The notes below the pieces were generated by a model. It did no database searches. It saw only the letters and a program-made list of their open reading frames with translations, and was not told the origin of the DNA. From Nemertoderma westbladi (lineage: Eukaryota; Animalia; Xenacoelomorpha), in contig JAUCBJ010008041.1 in the NCBI GenBank assembly GCA_032718475.1, forward strand, positions 1 through 38,137: a stretch of 38,137 nt of DNA. The letters run 5' to 3'. The position numbers were made by a program, and so were the translations under genes. Below are positions 20,556-31,876 of the stretch, in pieces. The stretch's first letter is position 1. Each line of letters begins with the position of its first letter.

Positions 20556-23228
20556 ATGTCTGACACAAAACGGGCACTGTCAGATAGTCTTTTGGAAGGT
20601 GTTAGAATGAGTCTTAGACTTGGACAGGGTCTTGAAAGGAAGATGGCAGAGGCAATGGCAACAGCAGAAGCGGAAAGAAAGGCGGAAGAGGCAATGGCAA
20701 CAGTAGAAGCGGAAAGAAAGATAGAGACACCTGTACTCCCAGAACCTGCCTATAAATTCCCTTTGAACAGTACTAAACTACCTGTGCCCAGTAGGACTGT
20801 TCCCGAGTCCGAACCCGTCCTGGACGCCGAGCGAGATATCAAGAATTTATCGCCCGTCGTCTCTCGCTCGCCCGCTATTACGTTGGCGACTCCCGCTTCG
20901 GCGGTTGAGTGGGTAGCTGAGGGACGACGGGAGATGGGTCTCCTGCTCGAGCAGCTGAGGGAACACTGTTTGTGCTCCTCTCAGCAGGTCCGGGAAATGG
21001 AAGAGACTGTTCAGCAGCTCAAGGGAACAGTAAGGGAAAGTAGGTTAGAGTTGCAAAAGGTGCAGCAAAGTATCGCGTTAGAACGCGATAAATTAGTGAA
21101 CATACAAAGGGGTATAACACCACCCCCTGTAACAATGTGTCAACCCGTTAGGTCTGAAGTATTTCATGCGCAAGGTGTGGAGCCTACACGCATCTATACT
21201 GCTAGTGAAGTAGAAACTCCTATAGTAAACCCTATTCAGGGTAATTATAAACCTGTTGATAATAATATTCCATATAGACCTGATCATAATCCGAGAAATT
21301 TATATACCGATAATTCTATATTCAATAATACGATGGCTCAAGAAAGTTTTACGCGTCAGATGGCTAGAACAGAAGCCCACCAAGCGGTCAAAGTGGGAGA
21401 AATCGTCAAATTCAATGGAGATGAGATGAAATGGTTATCTTTCAATGAATATTACAAAGATAGCATACAGAACTCTGTACTATCTAACGGAGAGAAACTT
21501 AGATTCCTCATCAAGTGCTTGGAAGGACCTCCCAAATTAATGGCGTTAAAGTTTATTGGACATCCAGATGGATTAAGACAAGTTTGGGATACATTAAACA
21601 TCAGGTATGGTAATAGGACTAACATAGCTAGGTATTTATATGCGAAATTAATGGCGCCCCGAAAGTTTCTTAGCAGCGGGATTATAGAATTTTCCGATGA
21701 AATTCAGGAGATCTGTAGACAGCTAGATTGGTTAGGTAAGTCTCATGAATACCAGAACTCTATGGTTGTAGGAGCCTTAGCATCTACTTTACCAAAGGGT
21801 GGAGTAGGTACACGCTGGGACAAGAAAGTGTTATATATGATGGAACAACAACAACGAGACCCTACCATGGCTGATCTCATGTCCTTCTTAGATAGTGAAG
21901 TAAAATTACAACTCATAAAGCAGTCCAGAGAGAAAACATCGGAAAATAAGGTAAGTGAGAAACCCGTTTCTAGGAGAAGGGTAACACCAGTGTGTTATAC
22001 TGACGACGGCGAAAGCCAAGTCTCTCAGGAAGAGGACAGCGGGAAAGACACAGCAAAATCCTACTATGACAACAAGACCTATAAAGACGTAAGTAAATAT
22101 AAGTCTCGAACCAGTGACCGGAGAGAACAGGTAACAACAACTCCTCCTACGTCTCCTAAGAGAATTCACGGAAGAAAGCCCGAAGAAAGAACGAGAGTGC
22201 ATAACGTTGCCCAAGGTAAAGTGAGTAACATCAAACCAAAATGTGCGCTGTGCGACGGGCCCCACCGTTTGAGAGTGTGTGCTGAATTCCTAAAGAAATC
22301 CCTGGTAGACAGACGTGAAGTCATGTGGGATAAGCGGTTATGCTATAATTGCCTCAGACCAGGACACCAACGGCGAACCTGTTTCTCCGAAGTAAAGTGT
22401 GCAAAGTGCGGTGCGAAACATCACATCTTGTTACGCAGTGAATTCGAACGAAACAACCCAAGTCAGGTAAGTGAGCCCGAACTACATGTCCAATTCAGTG
22501 ATGTAAATGACACTGATCAAGAGTCTGAGATGGAAGGATTCTATACGGACGAATTCTCCGACGCCAACGAATCCTGTTACCTAATAAATACCGCAGTGTA
22601 TCGAGCACTTACGTATGAAAAGGACACCGACAATGAGTTCCCCCCAACTACCTTTGACAGACAACCATCTTGGAAACCTCCAACTTCCAACGTAGGAATC
22701 AGAGAATTTCCTGTAGTGCAGGTAAGAGTTCACGGTCCCAACAAAAGTTACATAGTGAACGCCCTCCTTGACTCCGGCAGCACAGGAACATTCATCGATC
22801 AAGAACTAGCCGAAGACATCTTTGCTGGACAACCCAAATTCCGAACTAAGTTGGATATGTCAGGAATTATGCAGGTTTGGAAATCTACCATAACGGCAGA
22901 TTACTATGTAGGTGCGTTGTCCACCCCCCAGGATAAATTAGGAGAACAAAGTATAAGGTCAGTAAAAATGGTGGCTATAAAGAACTTCGCTACTACCCAG
23001 GTAGAACCTTATAACTGGGACGAGGACGAGAGCATCCAGCAGCTTAAGATACCTCGATTCCACACAGATTATCCTGGAGTGCAAATACTCATCGGCCAAA
23101 ACGCGCATGAGGCGCTAGAGACATTGGAGAAACGGCCTGCTCAACCACAGCCACTACAAACCTATGCAGTAAGAACTAGAGTAGGTTGGTACTTCACTGG
23201 CCCTTCCCGTATAACTCTCAAAGTGTGA
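20556..23228 (+). CDS. A3 Gag-protease polyprotein (BEL/Pao), interrupted after codon 889 by B2
   Basis: KFNGDEMKWLSF...SNGEKLRFLIKCLEG gag core; three Cys-His motifs (CALCDGPH, CYNCLRPGH, CAKCGAKHH); ALLDSGSTGTFI protease motif. Confidence 0.93.
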   Translation: MSDTKRALSDSLLEGVRMSLRLGQGLERKMAEAMATAEAERKAEEAMATVEAERKIETPVLPEPAYKFPLNSTKLPVPSRTVPESEPVLDAERDIKNLSPVVSRSPAITLATPASAVEWVAEGRREMGLLLEQLREHCLCSSQQVREMEETVQQLKGTVRESRLELQKVQQSIALERDKLVNIQRGITPPPVTMCQPVRSEVFHAQGVEPTRIYTASEVETPIVNPIQGNYKPVDNNIPYRPDHNPRNLYTDNSIFNNTMAQESFTRQMARTEAHQAVKVGEIVKFNGDEMKWLSFNEYYKDSIQNSVLSNGEKLRFLIKCLEGPPKLMALKFIGHPDGLRQVWDTLNIRYGNRTNIARYLYAKLMAPRKFLSSGIIEFSDEIQEICRQLDWLGKSHEYQNSMVVGALASTLPKGGVGTRWDKKVLYMMEQQQRDPTMADLMSFLDSEVKLQLIKQSREKTSENKVSEKPVSRRRVTPVCYTDDGESQVSQEEDSGKDTAKSYYDNKTYKDVSKYKSRTSDRREQVTTTPPTSPKRIHGRKPEERTRVHNVAQGKVSNIKPKCALCDGPHRLRVCAEFLKKSLVDRREVMWDKRLCYNCLRPGHQRRTCFSEVKCAKCGAKHHILLRSEFERNNPSQVSEPELHVQFSDVNDTDQESEMEGFYTDEFSDANESCYLINTAVYRALTYEKDTDNEFPPTTFDRQPSWKPPTSNVGIREFPVVQVRVHGPNKSYIVNALLDSGSTGTFIDQELAEDIFAGQPKFRTKLDMSGIMQVWKSTITADYYVGALSTPQDKLGEQSIRSVKMVAIKNFATTQVEPYNWDEDESIQQLKIPRFHTDYPGVQILIGQNAHEALETLEKRPAQPQPLQTYAVRTRVGWYFTGPSRITLKV

Positions 23229-23772
23229 CGGGATCTACGGATCCCGGTTTATCCGTTGGGTTTTCTATCCACGCGTCCCCGCCGTGTGTGAAAGGTAAAA
23301 GAGTTCTGATGTTCGGTAATATGTATAAAGGTATAATAGTCTGATATAGCACAGTATAGTATGACACGGTTACCGGTAGATAAGTATGATGGCGGTAGCG
23401 GACGGTGACAGAAGTCCCCGTTCCACCCTACTGATCTGACTGAGTAAACTAAACTGAATAGGGAAGCACCAACAGGTAATATATGTACTGCACAGTTGGC
23501 CATATTACTGTACCTAGTCGATGCTGTCCCCCCATTGGCTAATATCCCACTTCTCGCCCTTTCACCTTCCCTGGTGTGTTTCCCGTTGCCCCTGTTGTTC
23601 TCTCTCTGTTAGGGGTTTGGCCCCTGACCCTTATTGTGTGTGTCTCCTTTGGGGCCTATTGTCCCCGTTTACTGGGGTGACACGAGGTTGATTGGTAATC
23701 AACCTCGTGCTCCCAATATTGCTCAATGGCTTACTTTGTGGGTTCATGTTAGCGGAATTGGATAAGCTAACA
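23224..23772 (-). repeat. 3' LTR of B2
   Basis: Direct repeat of 30040-30588, adjacent to the PPT. Confidence 0.96.
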
Positions 23773-24199
23773 CTCCCCCCCATGCTATCTTCCCGGTGAG
23801 AAGATAGCATCCACCAAAAAATGCGCTACAATTCCGCTGGATCCCGATCTAGTATCGGGTGTGGGGTGGGTTATTTTCTTTCGGAGCCGGCTTTCCTGGC
23901 CGCTCCCTATGGGTATGATATTGCTACCCTCTGGCGTTTCGTGTCGGGCCGATCGTGCGCTTCTCTCACACAACTTTTGTTTCCCCAACACTTTCGCCCT
24001 GACTCTACTCTTCCTCTCCTCTCTTGCTCTAACTCTTGGACTTCCCTGTCCCTCACTCTTCCTCTCACTTCTCCCCCCCCCACGCTTGAATTGCGCCCAC
24101 ACTCTCTCCACACTATCTCCATACCACCTCTCGCTATCTCTCTTGCCCTCCCTAAGGCCCAAATCTCTAATGCTACCCCTGTGCTATCATACCATCTAC

Positions 24200-25000
24200 C
24201 TACTGCTTACTAACTCTAACTATCTAACTCTACTAACTACTAACTCTACTCTCCGCTAACTCTCACTACTTCTGGCTCTAACTAAAGCCTCTAACTTTCT
24301 ACTAACTCTAACTAGAACTACTAAGTCTAGCTAACTCCTACTAACTCTCTACTTCTACTAACTCTACTTGACTCATCTAAGTCTACCAACTCTCTAGCCC
24401 TTTAACTAGAACTCCCTAACTCTACCCACTCTTCTAACTACGTGGCGCTTGCGGTGCCCACAACCACTCTACTATCTGGCACCCTATGTGCCCTTCTACT
24501 ACTCAACTACCTCTCTAACTCTACTACCTGGCACCCTATGTGCCCGTCTCTACTATTCTACTCTCTGGCACCCTATGTGCCCTCTCTACTACTCTACTCT
24601 ATCTCTAACTTACTTCCTTTACATCCACTCGCCTGCACGTGATGCTCTGAATGCCGGCAGAGTGGGTACGTTAATTATGTGAACTACTACTGACTCTACT
24701 AACTCTACTAACTCTCTTCTAACTCTACTAACTCTTTTTGTGCCTGGCACCTCTTGTGCCCGGCACCTTCTAACTCTACTAACTCTTTTTGTGCCCGGCA
24801 CCTCTTGTGCCCGGCACCTTCTAACTCTACTAACTCTACTAACTCTCTACTAACTCAACTAACTCTACTACTAACTCAACTAACTCTACTACTAACTCTT
24901 TTTGTGCCCGGCACCTCTTGTGCCCGGCACCCACCCTAATTAACATACCCTGCTCTTACATCAAACACGTCATCACGCCCTTGCCCCACTAAGTTCAGCG
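24200..25000. repeat. Low-complexity CTAACT/CTACT tract with GGCAC-N5-GTGCC hairpin repeats
   Basis: GGCACCCTATGTGCC x3 at 24478-24580 and GGCACCTCTTGTGCC x3 at 24746-24925. Confidence 0.85.
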
Positions 25001-25078
25001 CATTCCCTACTAACTCTAACTACGTGGCGCTTATGGTGCCCACAACCCTCTACTGCTCTACTAACACTCCTAACTAGT

Positions 25079-25597
25079 GGTACTACGTACCCTCTTACTA
25101 CTCTAGCTCTCTCTACTAGCTAGCGGTACAACGTACCCTCTTACTACTCTAGCTCTCTCTACTAGCTAGCGGTACTACGTACCCTCTTACTCTTACTAAC
25201 TCTCTCTACTCTTACTAACCGGTACTACGTACCCTCTAACTCTTACTCCCTAACGGTACTACGTACCACCCTCTAACTCTTACTCTCTAACGGTACTACG
25301 TACCCCTTAACTCCTAACTAACTAGCGGTACTACGTACCCTCTAACTCTCTAACTAACTAGCGGTACTACGTACCCTCTTACTCTCTAACTAACTATCGG
25401 TACTACGTACCCTCTAACTCTCTAACTAACTATCGGTACTACGTACCCTCTAACTCCTAACTAACTAGCGGTACTACGTACCCTCTAACTCTAACTAACT
25501 AGCGGTACTTACGTACCCTCTAACTCTCTAACTAACTATCGGTACTACGTACCCTCTAACTCTCTAACTAACTATCGGTACTACGTACCCTCTAACT

Positions 25598-25630
<33 letters not shown>

Positions 25631-25940
25631 GGTACTTACGTACCCTCTAACTCTCTAACTAACTAGCAGTACTTACGTACCCTCTAACTCTCTAACTAAC
25701 TAGCGGTACTTACGTACCCTCTAACTCTTTAACTAACTATCGGTACTACGTACCCTCTAACTCTAACTAACTAGCGGTACTTACGTACCCTCTAACTTTC
25801 TAACTAACTAGCGGTACTTATGTACCCTCTAACTCTCTAACTGACTAACGGTACTTACGTACCCTCTAACTCTCTAACTAACTAGCGGTACTTACGTACC
25901 CTCTAACTCTCTAACTAACTATCAGTACTACGTACCACCC
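25079..25940. repeat. Minisatellite of about 23 GGTAC-T(T)AC-GTACC hairpin units, period mostly 34-37 bp
   Basis: Counted by eye. Spacers are built of CTAA and CT modules. Confidence 0.92.
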
Positions 25941-26021
25941 TTTAACTAACTAACTAACTAACTAACTCTTACTACCTAACTTCTACCTACTCTATTATTT
26001 AATTATTTTCATTAATTTTAA

Positions 26022-29000
26022 TTAAATAATTATTTTATATTTTATGCGTGGGAAGGGCGTCTCGCCCTCATTCCCACCCCCCTCAGTCCAAAACTTTGGA
26101 CGACTAAAAACTCTCACGTGCCCCTTCTTCCAGTAGGCTCTCTCCTGCTGCCCTCCTATACGTCCTCTAACTCTTCGCCACACTCTCTTCGACACTACCT
26201 CCGCTAGCCTCCCCCTTCGTATGTGCGCTGGCATTAAAGGCCTCGACGACCCCCGCTCGTTCCTTGGTACACATGGCGTCTGCCCGTGCAATGCCCCCTC
26301 GCACTGTGTCCATCCTGCGTGTGTATGCAACACGCCTCCTTCTACTTTCCCGACTCCCTTATGTTTGCTAATGGGCTTCTCTGCCCCTGGTTTAGTCCTT
26401 TCATATCCTCTCCCTTTCCAACACTCTCCGGATCTGTGTCCTTTTACCACACATCGATGACATAGTCCGTTTGCGTCTGTGTAGGCTACACGATCTCGTT
26501 TGGGCAACGCTTGCCAGTACTTGCAACTCCTGGTCTTATGGGTTCCGTCCCGATGTAATTGACATTGGAATCCTGGATTATAGCGTTTCCTGTATAGTCC
26601 TTCACGTATCGCGCTTAGGTTTATATGTACCGATTTAATGTTTTGGTTGTCTAGACTCGGCCTACTGGGTATATTGGGATTGTTTTTATTTACGGTGTTA
26701 TTTTCTTTCTGTCCCTGCCACGGTGTGGCCCTGCTACCAGCTAACTGTGGACTAGCAGTCCCCTGTATGGCTCCGTGTGGTAGTGACTGCCCGCACGACC
26801 TGTTCTCGTCCAGGGAGTTCGATGTTCTTGCTCCTATCGGGGTATATTGTCGATATCGTGATGGGGGAATGTCACCCTGTCCCCCCCGGCCGGTATGTTT
26901 GGTACTGGGGTTGATGTTAATACATTGGGGCCCATACGTCTATCTCCAATAACTCCCCCCTCCCCTGGATATATGTTATGTCCCTGTGTATTATAGTCAT
27001 GCTGCTGTACCGATATAGGCCTACCTACCTCTCGCCTACCTACCGGTATGTACTCCGCGACTTCCGGGTTTAATCCCGTCGTTCGCGCTACCCCATCGCC
27101 TACTCTATCTCTCCCAGCATGGCCTATAATAGTATGTGCAGTAAGGCCTACAGTATGTCCTGCAGTCTGCATGTGCCCTTCCGAACCGAAGTTTATTCTT
27201 CGCGAATCTCGAATCTCCCCGCGACTACTGCACTCTCGATCGGCAGCTATATCCCGTCGGGAAGCTTCTCTTCGATCCCCTCTCCTGTTCTCGACTTCTG
27301 TATTGGTACGTCCTGTACCCCTCTCTTGGCGTGCGGTGCGTTTCTCCGGGGCGACGGCAATCTCCCGAAGTTCGACCCCACTGGCTCCCTGACTCCATCT
27401 CTACTATCGACGGTCCGCTATCTGTCCTCACACTCCTATCGTTCGTGGCGACACTTCTTCTACTATCTCCTCTTCTTCCTCTTTTCAGTGCAGTATTCCG
27501 GCTCGTGAGATCTCTCGTCGACCTCCCGGTTAAACTCCACTGTTCTTCTTCCCTCTTCTGATCGGGCTCGACGCTTCGCCTGCCCTCTCGCGACGTCAAC
27601 CTGCCTCTCTCTGCTCGATCGCACGCCGCTGGGGATACTCGCAATCCCCCTATTACTCTCCGTCGCCGGGTGTTGCGGTTTACCTAGCTTCGGCCCGCGC
27701 ATTATCCGCCGACGCCTGTGGGACACTCTCTGCCCCCCCTCTCTCTCTACTAATCTCTCGCGGTGGGGTGCCGTAGCCCCCCCCCCCCCACCCGCCACTT
27801 CTAACTTCACTATCTCTTACTACACTTCTGCGTCCCTCTTGTCGGACATTCTCTACCCCCCTTCTCTCGCCACTAATCTTTCGTGGTGGGGCTCCTGTAG
27901 CCCCCCCCCCCACCCGCCACTTCTAACTTCACTACCTCCTACTACACCTCTACACCCCCCTTGTGGGGCATTCTCTGCCCCCCCTCTCTCGCCACTAGTC
28001 TTATGTGGTGGGGCGCCGGTAGCCCCCCCCCCACTCGCCACATCTAACTTCACTATCTCTTACTTCGTCTCTACACCCCTCTCTAGTCGACGCACTGTCT
28101 TTACTACGGCTGGGTCTATTCACCCCCGCCTCTCTCTCTACTACTGCGTGGCCTATCAGGCCCACCTCGGGTTGGCTCAACCCCGCTACCTCCTGCCTAC
28201 CAACTACGTGGCCTACCAGGCCGCCGTCGGGTTGGCTCAACCCTGCCACTTCCTGCCTACTAACTACGTGGCCTACCAGGCCACCGTCTGCCGGGTTATG
28301 TACGTCTCGACACGCTCATATTAATAGCACCATTCCCAATATTATTTGTTAAATCAATTAAATTATTAGAATTTGAAACGTGATTATTATTTAAATTATT
28401 TAAATTACTTAGATCACTACTATTCTCTAAACTTAAATTATTATTCGAATTATTTTGCGGGATTGAATTGAAATTATTATTTAGAGTATTTGTATTTAAA
28501 TTTAAATTACTACTACCCGGTAAAATATTATTTCCTGTAATAAAGGGATTAGGGTTATCTACTACGGTACTATTAATATTAACTGCTTCTAACGTACTAC
28601 TACTACCCCCCCCCCCCCCCCCGCCCGTACGGCTACACCAGTTCTGGTTCTCTCGCCCGGTGTCTGTAAGTGGGGTCTCACTCTCTGACAGTTCCAACCG
28701 CGCCAGTTCTAGTCGGCGCTGATTCAGTTTGGCTTGATGTTGCATAATCCCCCTTAGTAGGGCATGCAAATCATCCCGCCTGCGCTTACACTCTATCCCT
28801 CTCTGTCGCATATCCTGCTCGGCCGACTCTGCCACTCTCGCAACCATCTCAAGCCGCCTCGCCGGCTCGTTCTCTACTCCCATCTCTCGCTCTCTACACT
28901 CCTTGGCTCTCTCTCTAGACTCCTCGGCTTTCTCTCTATACTCCCTTTCCGACTCTCCTAACTCCTCTGAGAATGCGGTTTCCTCTCTCAATTGTCTCTC

Positions 29001-29875
29001 TAACCCATCCTGCTCATTCGCCACCATTTCCAATCTACACTCCAGATTCATCTCCCGCACCCTTCTTTCTTTTACGGAGGATGTAGCAGACTTATCGGTT
29101 GCGACGGACTCCCGCCGCCCCTCCGTCCTACTAACTTTCCCCCGCCTCCCGGAACTTCCTCCAACCGACGAGACCGAATCCTCGGAGTTAACCTCGGATT
29201 CGCCCTCCTCAGGTCTCTTCCAACCCACTAATTTTACTCCCCGGGCATCGACTAAGTATGGCCCTATGTACACTACACTAGGTTCCATACCCCCACATTC
29301 CCATAGTTCAATCAGTTCGTTGGCAACCCCCTTCGCTCTCTCCTCGGCTAGTTCTCTCTGCCCAAAACGCATTAGGTAATCAAAGTGTCTGTTCGACTCA
29401 CCTAGTCGTTTCCTCATCTCACCTCGTCTATCTTCGCCCCTCCTTTGGCCTCTCTCAGTTGCTCCCGGGTCGCGAGGTAGGCCCGTCGAAGTCGATCAGA
29501 AACCCCGACGTCCTCGTCGCCGACCTCTCCTCCATCTCTCCGGGTCCGACGTCGTACCGACGGCCCCACCGTCGCCGTTCCGGTGGACCGTCCGTCGTCC
29601 TCGGCCTGTGGCTGACCGGTGACATCGGTACGTCGACCCTCGCTCCGCGTCGACTCGTCTTCCTCTTCTCCTCCCGACTCGATTTCTCTTTGTAGACGAC
29701 CCCCCACATCTTGGTTCGCCGGGTCGCTCGTTATCGACGTGGCGTCAACGTGCGTCGACGTGGTCGGCGTAGCATCGACCGGCGTCGTGGGTTCGTATCG
29801 TCTCGCCGTGGCCTCGCGGATCGTTAGATCGTCGTCCGGGGTCCGCGGCGGTGTCGTTCCTTTCTCTCGACTCAT
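26022..29875 (-). pseudogene. B2 degenerate gag: N-terminal region and Cys-His knuckles; gag core, protease, RT and integrase absent
   Basis: ORFs 29414-29875, 28296-29417, 26834-27172 and 26022-26507 are homologous to B1. The segment matching B1 ~5860-6390 is missing near 26800-26845. Confidence 0.8.
27690..28290. repeat. Internal tandem repeats in B2 gag (3 x ~120 bp and 2.5 x 60 bp)
   Basis: GTAG-poly(C)-CACCCGCCACTTCTAACTTCACTA x3; CGTGGCCTAYCAGGCC at 28147, 28207 and 28267. Confidence 0.85.
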
Positions 29876-30030
29876 CTTCGTCTTTGGTGGCTGGCAGCCA
29901 CAGTCTGTCAGTTGGTTGGATCTAGTTCTATCACTGTCAGACTGTTAGGGCAGCTGCTAGGATTCTATCACTGTCAGGGCAGCTGGGTGGATCTGATTCT
30001 GTCACTGTCAGGGCAGCTGGGTGGATCTGA

Positions 30031-30039
30031 TTCTGTCAC
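30031..30039 (-). promoter_or_regulatory. Putative self-priming PBS of B2 (GTGACAGAA)
   Basis: Abuts the 5' LTR end. Exact reverse complement of LTR-internal 30221-30229 (and 23405-23413). Confidence 0.75.
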
Positions 30040-30588
30040 TGTGACGGGATCTACGGATCCCGGTTTATCCGTTGGGTTTTCTATCCACGCGTCCCCGCCG
30101 TGTGTGAAAGGTAAAAGAGTTCTGATGTTCGGTAATATGTATAAAGGTATAATAGTCTGATATAGCACAGTATAGTATGACACGGTTACCGGTAGATAAG
30201 TATGATGGCGGTAGCGGACGGTGACAGAAGTCCCCGTTCCACCCTACTGATCTGACTGAGTAAACTAAACTGAATAGGGAAGCACCAACAGGTAATATAT
30301 GTACTGCACAGTTGGCCATATTACTGTACCTAGTCGATGCTGTCCCCCCATTGGCTAATATCCCACTTCTCGCCCTTTCACCTTCCCTGGTGTGTTTCCC
30401 GTTGCCCCTGTTGTTCTCTCTCTGTTAGGGGTTTGGCCCCTGACCCTTATTGTGTGTGTCTCCTTTGGGGCCTATTGTCCCCGTTTACTGGGCTGACACG
30501 AGGTTGATTGGTAATCAACCTCGTGCTCCCAATATTGCTCAACGGCTTACTTTGTGGGTTCATGTTAGCGGAATTGGATAAGCTAACA
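30040..30588 (-). repeat. 5' LTR of B2
   Basis: Direct repeat of 23224-23772. Confidence 0.96.
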
Positions 30589-30592
30589 CAAA

Positions 30593-31045
30593 GAGAGATT
30601 ACCTCAAGAACAGGTATACCAAGTAAAGGAATGGGAAGTGGAGAGCAGTGAGGTGGACGACCCAACTGAGGGAACACCATACTCCTCAGATAATGACGAT
30701 ATTAACTCCAATGTAGATCAATGGAGACATTGCCTTGGGACGATTAATCCAGCCGACATTGCTTCCAGAGGAGCAACTCCTCAAGAACTGATAGATACTC
30801 CAGGCTGGTTAGGTGGATCCGACTTCTTAAGTAAAGAAGAAGAAGAATGGCCTCCTCATATTACCACGGCGGAGATTAGACAGGCCAAGGGAGCGGAGAA
30901 AGTAACACAACAACTCAATCGCCCAGCTGGTCATTTATGTTTACTGGAAAGAGACCGAAAACTGTCCGGAAACTATGGAAGGCAAGATACTCTTCCTACG
31001 ACCACTTCCCTAATCCGACAAATATCTAGGGACTCCATAACGTAA
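30593..31045 (+). CDS. C-terminal 150 aa of the A3 ORF, with the BEL/Pao RNase H C-terminal motif
   Basis: In frame with 20556-23222 once B2 and one TSD are removed. Contains QWRHCLGTINPADIASRG...WLGGSDFL...EEWP. Confidence 0.88.
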   Translation, partial: ERLPQEQVYQVKEWEVESSEVDDPTEGTPYSSDNDDINSNVDQWRHCLGTINPADIASRGATPQELIDTPGWLGGSDFLSKEEEEWPPHITTAEIRQAKGAEKVTQQLNRPAGHLCLLERDRKLSGNYGRQDTLPTTTSLIRQISRDSIT

Positions 31046-31593
31046 TAACATATGGAGTGGGCGTGTGACTATATCATTTTATATTTGTTTTTATTTTATA
31101 TTTATGTATGTATTATTATGTAATTTTATTATAATCGTTTTCTTTAATTTTATTTAGTAGAATGTTCTTTTAGTGATTATTTAGTAGATTAGTGCAATAT
31201 ATTAGTGTTTATTACGTACGTAATTACTTATAATATATATTTAGTGCGACGGCGAGAAATAATTATTTTTTCTCTTTCCTTACTGTCCGTATCATATTAT
31301 AAATACGTGACTACAGTAAGATGAAATGTCCGTACTTATTAAAGTACAATAAAGCCACTACTATATTCAAGTATTATTGGTAGGCAGAGTATTAGGAATG
31401 CAAAGTTCAGATCCTCGTGTCTCGGCTAAACCAAGCTCTGGGTAGACCTTGGAAACGACTTGCCTCTTCACACTGACATTGCTTCGTGCGATATTGCTCT
31501 CATACCATATATAATAATACATATAGTAGCGTGATGTCCCTCTAACAGTAGCGTGAAACGCAAATAAATCTGTTAAACCTTTTGACCATCTGT

Positions 31594-31876
31594 AATTCTA
31601 GTCGATTAAGATATCGCGGCACCCACCGATATACTTGAAAGACAAATTCTAGAATCAGTGGTTAACGTCCCCAGACAAGTTCTGGAATAAATTGGTGCCC
31701 ATCTCAAATATTAATTATTTAATATTTACAAATCTATAAATCAAAATCTGTAAAATTCAGATCCTTTAACAATTCTAGTCGATTAAGATATCGTAGCACT
31801 TACCGATACTCTTAAAAGACAATTTTCATAGAATTAAGGATCCTATGTCCCCAGACCTGCTCTGGAATCAAATTGT
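31594..31876 (+). repeat. Two ~105-bp hairpin-forming direct repeats (period 177 bp) in the A3 3' region
   Basis: AATTCTAGTCGATTAAGATATCG at 31594 and 31771, each followed by GTCCCCAGAC...TCTGGAAT. Confidence 0.8.

Larger units (their letters stand above)
23224..30588 (-). mobile_element. Full-length non-autonomous BEL/Pao family B element B2 (7365 bp) nested in A3
   Basis: 549-bp LTRs 23224-23772 and 30040-30588 with 2 differences seen; TSD CAAAG (23219-23223, 30589-30593); PPT GGGGGGGAG at 23773-23781 on the minus strand. Confidence 0.95.

Noticed and set aside
25079-25940. CRISPR-like array of palindromic repeats
   Set aside because: Spacers are related low-complexity CTAA/CT modules rather than unique sequences. 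There are no cas genes and the context is a eukaryotic retrotransposon.
24200-25970. Telomeric repeat tract
   Set aside because: The units are TTAG/TAGAG, not tandem TTAGG or TTAGGG, and lie inside an LTR element.
29414-29417. ATGA stop-start overlap suggesting termination-reinitiation in B2
   Set aside because: B1 reads through the same point in one frame (GAKVDQGKLSQRLGE), so this is a 1-nt deletion in B2.
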